Positions 10,094 through 17,541 of a stretch of DNA of 56,204 bases are shown here, piece by piece; position 1 is the stretch's first letter; every line of letters begins with the position of its first letter. This stretch comes from an uncultured Candidatus Actinomarina sp. (lineage in GTDB: Bacteria > Actinomycetota > Acidimicrobiia > Actinomarinales > Actinomarinaceae), in NCBI GenBank assembly GCA_902634185.1, contig CACPJC010000006.1, positions 1 through 56,204 of the forward strand, read 5' to 3'. The notes under the pieces were generated by a model. The model was given only the letters and a program-made list of their open reading frames with translations, was not told the origin of the DNA and searched no databases. A program made the position numbers and the translations under genes.

Positions 10094-10536
10094 TTTTTAT
10101 TTCCCTTGGGTTTTGTCATGAAGCTAATTGAGGGATTTACAATCCATCTTCTTCCCAAAGCTTTTCGTCCAATTAACATTGTGTAATCCATGGGGCCTCT
10201 GTCTGTAAGAGTCAATTCAATATTTTTGGTAATTCCATCCATTAAGATATCAGTTTTTATATAAGGCCTTCTTTCTACATCTCCATTGGAGCTTCTTATT
10301 CTTTTAAATCCTGCAAGTGGAGCGGAAGTTTTTCTAACAGTGTTGTTTCTTTTTTTAACTGTAAATTTTATGTATTTCACATCTTTTCTTGTAACAAACT
10401 TAATATCATCAGCGTCTATAGTTGCAAGATTTGCACCTGTATCAATTTTTGCAATTACGCTTTTTATTTTTAAATCTGGGAGTGCGACCTGTTCTTTCCA
10501 GCCAACAACTTTTTTTTCTCGTTTCTTTTTGACCAT
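10090..10536 (-). CDS. RimK-associated retropepsin-like protease (RimB/PF05618-like)
   Basis: VGWKE, AKIDTGA, RSSNG...[19 protein letters not shown]; overlaps the rimK start by 4 nt. Confidence 0.9.
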   Translation of the reverse strand: MVKKKREKKVVGWKEQVALPDLKIKSVIAKIDTGANLATIDADDIKFVTRKDVKYIKFTVKKRNNTVRKTSAPLAGFKRIRSSNGDVERRPYIKTDILMDGITKNIELTLTDRGPMDYTMLIGRKALGRRWIVNPSISFMTKPKGNKK

Positions 10537-10539
10537 AAT

Positions 10540-10611
10540 TTATAAAACAACGTAAAAGAGAACAATGCTAAAAGCGATTAAAAATATATGAATGTATATT
10601 GCAGGTAACAT
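10540..10611 (-). CDS. Putative 23-aa membrane micro-protein MLPAIYIHIFLIAFSIVLFYVVL
   Basis: Hand-translated ORF; almost wholly hydrophobic; -10 TATTAT 6 nt upstream; stop codon 3 nt before the next ATG. Confidence 0.55.
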   Translation of the reverse strand: MLPAIYIHIFLIAFSIVLFYVVL

Positions 10612-10664
10612 AAAAAAATAATAGTTTGAATCTTACAACAATCAACTTGATTTTTTGTGATTAT

Positions 10665-11615
10665 TTAGCCAGTTGGTTCAACTGCTTCAGTAGTGATTTC
10701 TTCATCTGTTTCTAAAAGTCCACAGTCTTCGAGTACCTCGTCAGTGTTTCCACCACCAAATACTACTCTTTCAAAAACCACAACTGCATAAATCTCATCT
10801 TCAGTAAGTTTTCCTGTAAATCCCGGCATTCCACCGATTGATACTTTATTCTCTGCTCCATACGCGGGTCCAACTTCAGCCTGCCAACCTGCAGATCCTA
10901 ATTCAATCCACAATGCATGATCACTACAAGTTGGAAAAGTAGTATAAAGTTCTCCACCAGTAAATGCAGGACCTACCCCTCCACCACCATTTACTCCATG
11001 GCAACCAGCACATGCTGCAGCACCTGAATAAACTTGTTGTCCAAGTGCAATGTAGTTTATTGAGCTTGCAGACCCAACACCTTTTCCTTCAAATGCGGAT
11101 CCATCACAGTTAACGGTTAATTGAGTTTTTCGATCAACATCTAAAATTCCATTTTCCCCACATTCTTGTGTTGATGATGTATTGACTATCCCAATAACAA
11201 TAAAGAGAGGAATAAGTACAAAACTAAAATTTAGCCATCTGGGCAAAGATGTTTCAGTATTTACCTTTATATTCAATGTTTTATTTGCAAAGGAAACTTT
11301 GTGAATAACTTTTTTAACATTTTCTTTAGAGGATATTTCAGGAACATTTTGAGTATCCTCTTTTACAATTTCTGCAGTATCTTCTTTAGGCTGCTCTAAC
11401 TCTACTTTTTCTTCTACTGGTGGGGTTGGCTCTTCTGCTGATGGTGCTTCTTCAGCAGGTTTTTCTACAGAAGCTACACTTTCTCCTCCAGCCCATGATT
11501 GTAAAACTTCATCCACAGTTCTTCCAGAAGCTTCAGCTCTAGCTTCAGCAGATCGTTGCACCAACGACTCTGGTGCATTTAATAATTCAGCAACTTTACT
11601 TAAGAGTTCACTCAT
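10665..11615 (-). CDS. Membrane-anchored monoheme cytochrome c (CcoP position) with N-terminal shared module
   Basis: CAGCH heme motif, GPAF, GMPGF distal Met, one TM helix, N-terminal repeat module. Confidence 0.88.
   Translation of the reverse strand: MSELLSKVAELLNAPESLVQRSAEARAEASGRTVDEVLQSWAGGESVASVEKPAEEAPSAEEPTPPVEEKVELEQPKEDTAEIVKEDTQNVPEISSKENVKKVIHKVSFANKTLNIKVNTETSLPRWLNFSFVLIPLFIVIGIVNTSSTQECGENGILDVDRKTQLTVNCDGSAFEGKGVGSASSINYIALGQQVYSGAAACAGCHGVNGGGGVGPAFTGGELYTTFPTCSDHALWIELGSAGWQAEVGPAYGAENKVSIGGMPGFTGKLTEDEIYAVVVFERVVFGGGNTDEVLEDCGLLETDEEITTEAVEPTG
11442..11615. repeat. 174-bp perfect direct repeat, copy 1
   Basis: Identical base by base to 12247-12420; encodes the first 58 aa. 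Confidence 0.95.
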
Positions 11616-12420
11616 TTGTACTACCTAAAGATAATAAATAAGTTATTAAATAATCTAAATCTTGATCACTTAGGAAATTTATTGATGGATGAGGTATATC
11701 CTCTTTTACAGATGATGGTTCTAATAAATAATCTTTGAGCCATTCACTATCATTTGTAGGTTCTCGTGTTCCAAGCGTTGACAAATCTGGAGCTAACCTC
11801 AATAAGCCGGTATTTTGAATTAAATTTTTATTAGCAAATTTGTTTTTAAGTATTTTTCCATTTTGCGAATCAGGTATGAGTATTCTTACATTTTGCGTAT
11901 GACATGACTGGCAATTTAATTGATTATAAATAATTGCTCCTTCTAATACTTCTTCACTCACTCGAACAGAATTATTTAAAGATTGCAGAACTATATCTTC
12001 ACTTTGTTGCCTTGGTATTGAAAAAGCAAACATGTATGTGAATACAACTACACCGATCACACCAACAATAAAACTAAGAGAACTTTCTTTCTTTAATTCA
12101 ACATTTTCTTCCTCTATTTCAAGTTGGACAATTTCCTCATCATCATTTTCCTGAACAGAGATTGCATTTTCCTCATCTTGGTCCACAACAGTAGGAGGCT
12201 CTTCAACTGGTACAGTTTCTTCTGTAGGCGGTGCTTCTTGAATAGGTGGTGCTTCTTCAGCAGGTTTTTCTACAGAAGCTACACTTTCTCCTCCAGCCCA
12301 TGATTGTAAAACTTCATCCACAGTTCTTCCAGAAGCTTCAGCTCTAGCTTCAGCAGATCGTTGCACCAACGACTCTGGTGCATTTAATAATTCAGCAACT
12401 TTACTTAAGAGTTCACTCAT
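11608..12420 (-). CDS. CcoO/FixO-like monoheme cytochrome c with N-terminal shared module
   Basis: GAIIYNQLNCQSCHTQNVR resembles CcoO GRDIYIREGCYxCHSQMIR; GLLRLAPDLSTLG resembles GSKRTGPDLARVG. Confidence 0.8.
   Translation of the reverse strand: MSELLSKVAELLNAPESLVQRSAEARAEASGRTVDEVLQSWAGGESVASVEKPAEEAPPIQEAPPTEETVPVEEPPTVVDQDEENAISVQENDDEEIVQLEIEEENVELKKESSLSFIVGVIGVVVFTYMFAFSIPRQQSEDIVLQSLNNSVRVSEEVLEGAIIYNQLNCQSCHTQNVRILIPDSQNGKILKNKFANKNLIQNTGLLRLAPDLSTLGTREPTNDSEWLKDYLLEPSSVKEDIPHPSINFLSDQDLDYLITYLLSLGSTNE
12247..12420. repeat. 174-bp perfect direct repeat, copy 2
   Basis: Identical to 11442-11615. Confidence 0.95.
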
Positions 12421-13820
12421 ACTGGAAGCTCCTCTTCAGTAAGTTCAATTGTTTCTGCTTCTGTAATTTCTCCATTTACCACTGCCTTGACGACTGAAAT
12501 GAAAAACAACAGAAATGGAAGAAGTAATGTCAAAGATAAAAACATATTTAGCGTTAAAGGAGTACTGATCAGTGACCACAATAAACCGAACCCTTCACCA
12601 TAGATTGTTGGGTTTCCTGCATTGGCACCAGCATTCCATGAGTAACCAGAAATAACTCCAATTAAAGCATTAGAAAATAATGTTAAAGACACCACAAGTT
12701 TTAATAGAAAACTAGTTAAAGACTCAAGCCTTGAAAATTTGACTTCTCTTCCAAAGATTTTAGGAATCAGATAATAAACAAACGAGATTGTAATTAATAA
12801 TGCACTGAAAACATATCCATATCTGATTGCTATAGCAAAATTTGTAAGACTCAATATAGGAATGATATTTGAGAGCGAGGACACAATTTGAAAGATATTT
12901 GTAATAACAAATATTCCAAACGAGAAACTTATAAGACTATAAATTACTTTATTTTCGTCAACTCTTGTCGAGACCGTTCTGAAGAAATTTACAGCTATAG
13001 CAAGCAATGGGAGAGACAAACTTACAGACAAGTAAAGGGATATATTTTCAATCCAATTTGGTAATACAGAACCAAAATAAAATTTAAAATTTGACCAAGG
13101 AAGGAGAAATAAGAATCCCCAAAAACCTATAGATCCCAATGTTTTACTGTACAACGTAGCATTTATACCTTTTGTAATCATGAAATGAAGTAATGATAGA
13201 AATACGAACGAATATCCGACATATATATGTGTTGAAACATACATTGAATTAATGAAAAAATTATCACTAAATACAACAAAATCAGCTCCATAAATTAGAA
13301 GTGATATCAAATAAAAAATACTTGCACCAAAAAGATACTGACTACTTACAAACAGAGAAGCTTCTTTTTTGGCCAATAAATTTAATATAATGAGTCCAAC
13401 AAATGCAAAAAATATTAAGATTTTAAAAATTAATGTATAACTAGTATTCCCAAAGAACAAAAAACTATTAGGAAATAATATTCCTAATAATAGATCGAGT
13501 GACTCCAATCCAATAACTCCCAATGAAGTTAGAAAAAAAATTGGGAATATTATTAATTTTCTTCCAAGTGTTTTTGGTAATAAGTAAACAGTCAAAAACA
13601 CAATTAAAAATGAAAGCATCAAATTGTAAGTTATATGGTTATTTAGTTTTTCTAAATATCCGCTATTGAGAAAACTATTTTGTGGGAGTATGGCTGCGAA
13701 AATGAAATAAGCTTCTTTTGTTAATGCAATAGTTCCTAAAAGAAGCAAAAAAAGTGGAGTTAAAACAATAAAAAATTTTGAAAACGCTTGTTCATTTTTT
13801 GGAAAAATTTTTATTCTCAT
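12417..13820 (-). CDS. Degenerate CcoN-like (cbb3 heme-copper oxidase subunit I) membrane protein lacking canonical His ligands
   Basis: 467 aa, about 12 TM segments; FLNSGYLEKL, LYSKTLGSIGFW, LPNWIE and YYLIPKIFGRE align by eye to CcoN; only three His in the whole protein; precedes a ccoO-like gene. Confidence 0.72.
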   Translation of the reverse strand: MRIKIFPKNEQAFSKFFIVLTPLFLLLLGTIALTKEAYFIFAAILPQNSFLNSGYLEKLNNHITYNLMLSFLIVFLTVYLLPKTLGRKLIIFPIFFLTSLGVIGLESLDLLLGILFPNSFLFFGNTSYTLIFKILIFFAFVGLIILNLLAKKEASLFVSSQYLFGASIFYLISLLIYGADFVVFSDNFFINSMYVSTHIYVGYSFVFLSLLHFMITKGINATLYSKTLGSIGFWGFLFLLPWSNFKFYFGSVLPNWIENISLYLSVSLSLPLLAIAVNFFRTVSTRVDENKVIYSLISFSFGIFVITNIFQIVSSLSNIIPILSLTNFAIAIRYGYVFSALLITISFVYYLIPKIFGREVKFSRLESLTSFLLKLVVSLTLFSNALIGVISGYSWNAGANAGNPTIYGEGFGLLWSLISTPLTLNMFLSLTLLLPFLLFFISVVKAVVNGEITEAETIELTEEELPV

Positions 13821-13989
13821 TAATTTAAAAAGTAAGTACTCAATTTGACTTTACTATTAAACCATAGAAATTACTCCAATAAAATTAGTAATTTTTTGAA
13901 AAAGTTGGGTTATAAAATTTATAATATCTAGGTAATCCTTGATAGAATAGATATTGAAGGTTTTGAGTAAATAACGTGTTGAGGGAAAC

Positions 13990-14583
13990 TTGTTAAATTT
14001 TATATTTATTAACCGATACAAAATCGGAGTTGCTTTAATTTTTGCCGGAGTAGGTGGCATAACAATTGGAGTAATTATTGCACATTTCGCCGGATTTCCT
14101 GAAGGCGAAGTGATCGATTATTTTAATTGGATGCCTAGGGGCTGGCTAATGCAAACTATCGGGCAACTCATTGCTTTTGGTGCAGGACAATTCCTATTGA
14201 TTGGAATGGCTATGCTTGCATGGCAAGATTCTGAATTAACTTGGGCTAGAGCAACATATCTGGCATTTCTCAGTTGGATACAATTTGCACTTATATTTGG
14301 TGTATTGCCTTCTGAGTGGTTAAACCTTTCTCAAGGACCTCTTGAATGGACAAACCAAAGAGAGTTTATTAACTTTCCTCCAATTTTATTTTTAGGTAAC
14401 GAAATAGGAATGAGCCTCGGAGCTCTGAAAGACATTATTCAACTTGGTATATCAGGTGGAGCATTAGTGACAGCTTTTGTAGTAGGGTATCTAATTCAAG
14501 ATATCAACGAAGCAAAAGAAAGAGGCAAAACTAGAGTTTCTGATTATGGAAAACAAGTCGTGAAGGTAGGTGCTGATGGCTAA
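13990..14583 (+). CDS. Membrane protein of unknown function, first gene of the bc-complex operon
   Basis: 197 aa, about 4 TM segments, TTG start with GAGGG RBS, overlaps the ferredoxin gene. Confidence 0.75.
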   Translation: MLNFIFINRYKIGVALIFAGVGGITIGVIIAHFAGFPEGEVIDYFNWMPRGWLMQTIGQLIAFGAGQFLLIGMAMLAWQDSELTWARATYLAFLSWIQFALIFGVLPSEWLNLSQGPLEWTNQREFINFPPILFLGNEIGMSLGALKDIIQLGISGGALVTAFVVGYLIQDINEAKERGKTRVSDYGKQVVKVGADG

Positions 14584-15025
14584 ATCAGAAGTACTTATTG
14601 AAATGCCTGAATTTGAAAAAAAATACAATTTAGCTATGGTCGAAGCCGAAAAGGTTTCATCAAGGGTTAGGCCAAAACAGTTTTTACATATTGATGAGGC
14701 AGAGTGCATTTTATGTGAAGGATGTGTAGATATCTGTCCATGGAAATGCATACATTATTTATCAACAGACGCTATAGAAGACTCTATAAACGTGGAAGCT
14801 CCTAACATGGAAGATAACGAAACGGGATTTTTTGTTGTCGATGAAGAAGCTTGTACAAGATGTGCATTATGTGTTGATAGGTGCCCAACAGGGGTTATAT
14901 CGCTCGGTAAGTTTGCTGGATCTTTAGCGGATGCAGCAATAAAGAACGGTGTTTATGAATCTCCATGGGATGAAGACTCAGGAGAGAGAAGTGACCGTCA
15001 TGGCTATATATATGGAAGACTTTAA
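14576..15025 (+). CDS. 2x[4Fe-4S] ferredoxin-like protein
   Basis: CILCEGCVDICP and CTRCALCVDRCP; ATG 14576 preferred over GTG 14570. Confidence 0.92.
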   Translation: MAKSEVLIEMPEFEKKYNLAMVEAEKVSSRVRPKQFLHIDEAECILCEGCVDICPWKCIHYLSTDAIEDSINVEAPNMEDNETGFFVVDEEACTRCALCVDRCPTGVISLGKFAGSLADAAIKNGVYESPWDEDSGERSDRHGYIYGRL

Positions 15026-15804
15026 TGAAGAACGAAAAAATTAAATTTAGAGATCGATTAAAAGATATTAGTTCGGGACTGGGAGAGTCTTTAAAAGAAA
15101 GTACGCTTTGGGGAAGTATTTTTAGACCAGGATCTCCATTTAGAAAAGGTTATTCAGATAGTCCAAGAAATAGATCATATGTTGTTATGAACAATGTTTT
15201 GTATCACCTCCATCCAGTAAAAGTAAAAAGACATGGTGTTAGGTTGTCATATACACTTTGCTTAGGAGGATTAAGCTTCTTCACATTTATTGTTTTGACC
15301 ATAACTGGTATTTGGTTGATGTTTTATTTTAGACCTACAGAAATGGCATATGTTGATATCCAATCTTTACAGACAAGTATTGCGTTTGGATCTCTAGTTA
15401 GAAATATGCACAGGTGGGCGGCTCATATAATGGTGTTAGTAGTGTTTCTTCACATGTCTCGAGTTTTTTATCATGGGGCGTACAAAGCACCTAGAGAGTT
15501 TAACTGGGTGATTGGAGTTATATTATTACTTTTAACACTTCTACTTTCATTTACTGGCTATCTACTTCCATGGGACCAGTTGGCGATTTGGGCTGTGACT
15601 GTGGGTGGAAACATGGCAGGCTATACTCCCGTTTTTGGTGCCCAAGTTAAGTTTGCATTATTTGCAGGACTAGAAGCTACTGAAGCAACACTTCTTAGAT
15701 TCTATGTTTTACATGTTCTATTTTTTCCTTTCATCATTGTAATTTTTATGGCAATTCATTTCTGGCGAGTAAGAAAGGATGGAGGAATCTCAGGTCCTCT
15801 ATAA
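15025..15804 (+). CDS. petB: Cytochrome b6-like subunit (split cytochrome b, N-terminal part) of a Rieske/cytochrome b complex
   Basis: LCLGG, RNMHRWAAH, FLHMSRV, PREFNW, FTGYLLPWDQ, RFYVLH, AIHF; 4-helix length. Confidence 0.92.
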   Translation: MKNEKIKFRDRLKDISSGLGESLKESTLWGSIFRPGSPFRKGYSDSPRNRSYVVMNNVLYHLHPVKVKRHGVRLSYTLCLGGLSFFTFIVLTITGIWLMFYFRPTEMAYVDIQSLQTSIAFGSLVRNMHRWAAHIMVLVVFLHMSRVFYHGAYKAPREFNWVIGVILLLLTLLLSFTGYLLPWDQLAIWAVTVGGNMAGYTPVFGAQVKFALFAGLEATEATLLRFYVLHVLFFPFIIVIFMAIHFWRVRKDGGISGPL

Positions 15805-15810
15805 ATATAT

Positions 15811-16665
15811 ATGGTTGATATTCCAGAACATTTATTATTAAAAACTGCTGAAGCAAGAGCTAAGGCCTTAGGTATTTCAGTTGAACAAGCATTGGCTGAA
15901 ATGAGAGGTGAAGCTGAGCCTACCAAAATTGAGAAAGAGCCAGATGTTATTGAAGTTACTCCAATTGAAGTAGAAGCCAAAGAAACACCAGCACCAGCAG
16001 CTGAAGTGAAAGAAACACCAGCACCAGCAGCTGAAGTCAAAGAAACACCAGCACCAGCAGCTGCAGTAAAAGAAGCACCGGCTCCTACACCTGAAAAATC
16101 AAACGGACAAGTACCTACTGAAGTAGATTTTGCACCTGAGACAAAAGTAACACAAAGGTTGCTTACGGTCGTCAAAGCAAAGCCAATACAAAAACCAACT
16201 TCTGAACCAGTTGATAAAGTAAACACATGGCCTCATTTAATGTTGCCAGAGTTTATTTCATTAATGGCAATGACAGCGTTTTTGATTTTTATAAGTGCAA
16301 TTTTGCAAGCTCCTTTATTAGAAGAAGCAAATCCAAACATTACACCAAACCCTGCAAAAGCACCATGGTACTTTTTAGGACTACAAGAATTACTCTCCTA
16401 TTGGGATCCACAGATCGCAGGGGTGATGATACCTCTTCTAATTGGTGTTGCAGCATTTATGGCAATTCCATATATTGATCGAAATAAAGAAAATAAGCCT
16501 TCAAAAAGAAAATATGCAATAATGTTGTGGACATTTTTTCTGGCAGGTGCTGGAACATTAAGTCTTATAGGTATTTTATTTAGAGGCCCAGGTTGGAACT
16601 GGACGTATCCATGGATTGATGGTGTATGGTTCGATGACTTACTTGACTGGGTCCATTTCGAATGA
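15811..16665 (+). CDS. petD: Subunit IV-like protein (cytochrome b C-terminal part) with N-terminal shared module and PA-rich linker
   Basis: WPHL, ANPNITPNPAKAPWYFLGLQELL, IPYIDR, 3 TM segments. Confidence 0.88.
   Translation: MVDIPEHLLLKTAEARAKALGISVEQALAEMRGEAEPTKIEKEPDVIEVTPIEVEAKETPAPAAEVKETPAPAAEVKETPAPAAAVKEAPAPTPEKSNGQVPTEVDFAPETKVTQRLLTVVKAKPIQKPTSEPVDKVNTWPHLMLPEFISLMAMTAFLIFISAILQAPLLEEANPNITPNPAKAPWYFLGLQELLSYWDPQIAGVMIPLLIGVAAFMAIPYIDRNKENKPSKRKYAIMLWTFFLAGAGTLSLIGILFRGPGWNWTYPWIDGVWFDDLLDWVHFE
15979..16079 (+). repeat. 30-bp tandem repeat, three copies plus a partial, encoding (KETPAPAAEV)n
   Basis: aaagaaacaccagcaccagcagctgaagt(g/c) units at 15979, 16009 and 16039 (third copy has one further change), degenerate at 16069. 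Confidence 0.92.
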
Positions 16666-17540
16666 CTCTTGTTGAGCTTTCATTTATTGCAATTGCATTT
16701 ATTGGAGTTTTTGGTGTAATTGGAATTGCAGCTGTAGTAACTGGAAGAACCCCAAAAGCTGTAACAAAAAGATTAAATTGGAAAAAGAATTTAGACAAAA
16801 AAGCTTTAAAAGTTGATAAATCTCAAACAAATTTTTTAGCTCCAGATGAACCAGATTTTGAAGAAGAAAACGTATCTGAAGATAGCGAACAAGAGGAAGA
16901 AGAAATTCAAACCGATGGATCCATTGCAATAAAAGAAGAAATAATTTATGAAGAAATTTCAGAAGAAGAAGCTGGAATGACTCGTAGACAATTTTTGGGT
17001 AAAGCCCTTGGAATCACGTTTGGAGCATTTGCTGGTATACAATTAATTTCTTGGCTTGGATTCTTCTATCCAAAAGTTTCTGGAGGTTTTGGATCTAAAA
17101 TAGATGCTGGTAGAGTTGATGATCTTAAAGACCAAATTTTCCAGTCAGATGGTTCAGTTATTCCTGCATTCATCCCGGAAGCAAGAGCTTATGTCTTACC
17201 ATTTGATGACAATGGCAACTCTCAGTTTTCTGATAGTGGAACTATTGCAGACGGTTTAGTTGCAGTTTATCAACGATGTGTTCATTTAGGTTGCCGTGTT
17301 CCATGGTGTAATACTTCACAAGGATTTGAATGTCCATGTCATGGTTCAAAATACAATATGGTTGGTGAGTATTACGCAGGTCCTGCTCCAAGAAACTTAG
17401 ATAGATTTATTGTAAGTGTTTCAGGAGGAAAATTAATTATTGACACAGGATCAGTCATTGAGTCACCTCGAGCTGATGGTATGTCTGTGAAATATCCACA
17501 AGGACTTTCATGTATCACAATCGCAGAGACTGAGGAATAA
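16662..17540 (+). CDS. Rieske [2Fe-2S] subunit of the bc complex
   Basis: CVHLGC and CPCHGSKY boxes, GPAPRNL, internal TRRQFL Tat motif followed by a TM helix. Confidence 0.95.
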   Translation: MTLVELSFIAIAFIGVFGVIGIAAVVTGRTPKAVTKRLNWKKNLDKKALKVDKSQTNFLAPDEPDFEEENVSEDSEQEEEEIQTDGSIAIKEEIIYEEISEEEAGMTRRQFLGKALGITFGAFAGIQLISWLGFFYPKVSGGFGSKIDAGRVDDLKDQIFQSDGSVIPAFIPEARAYVLPFDDNGNSQFSDSGTIADGLVAVYQRCVHLGCRVPWCNTSQGFECPCHGSKYNMVGEYYAGPAPRNLDRFIVSVSGGKLIIDTGSVIESPRADGMSVKYPQGLSCITIAETEE

Positions 17541-17541
17541 A

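Noticed and set aside
11442-12420. Direct repeats as ends of a mobile element
   Set aside because: No transposase or integrase, and the repeats coincide exactly with protein N-termini
13857-13877. GGAG followed by ATG GTT TAA (two-codon mini-ORF) upstream of the ccoN-like gene
   Set aside because: Too short to distinguish from chance without conservation data
13909-13925. AT-rich palindrome TTATAAAATTTATAA as a Rex or FNR site
   Set aside because: It does not match TTGTGAA-N4-TTCACAA or TTGAT-N4-ATCAA and is expected by chance at this AT content
15979-16079. CRISPR-like array
   Set aside because: The units are contiguous with no spacers and are in frame within a coding linker
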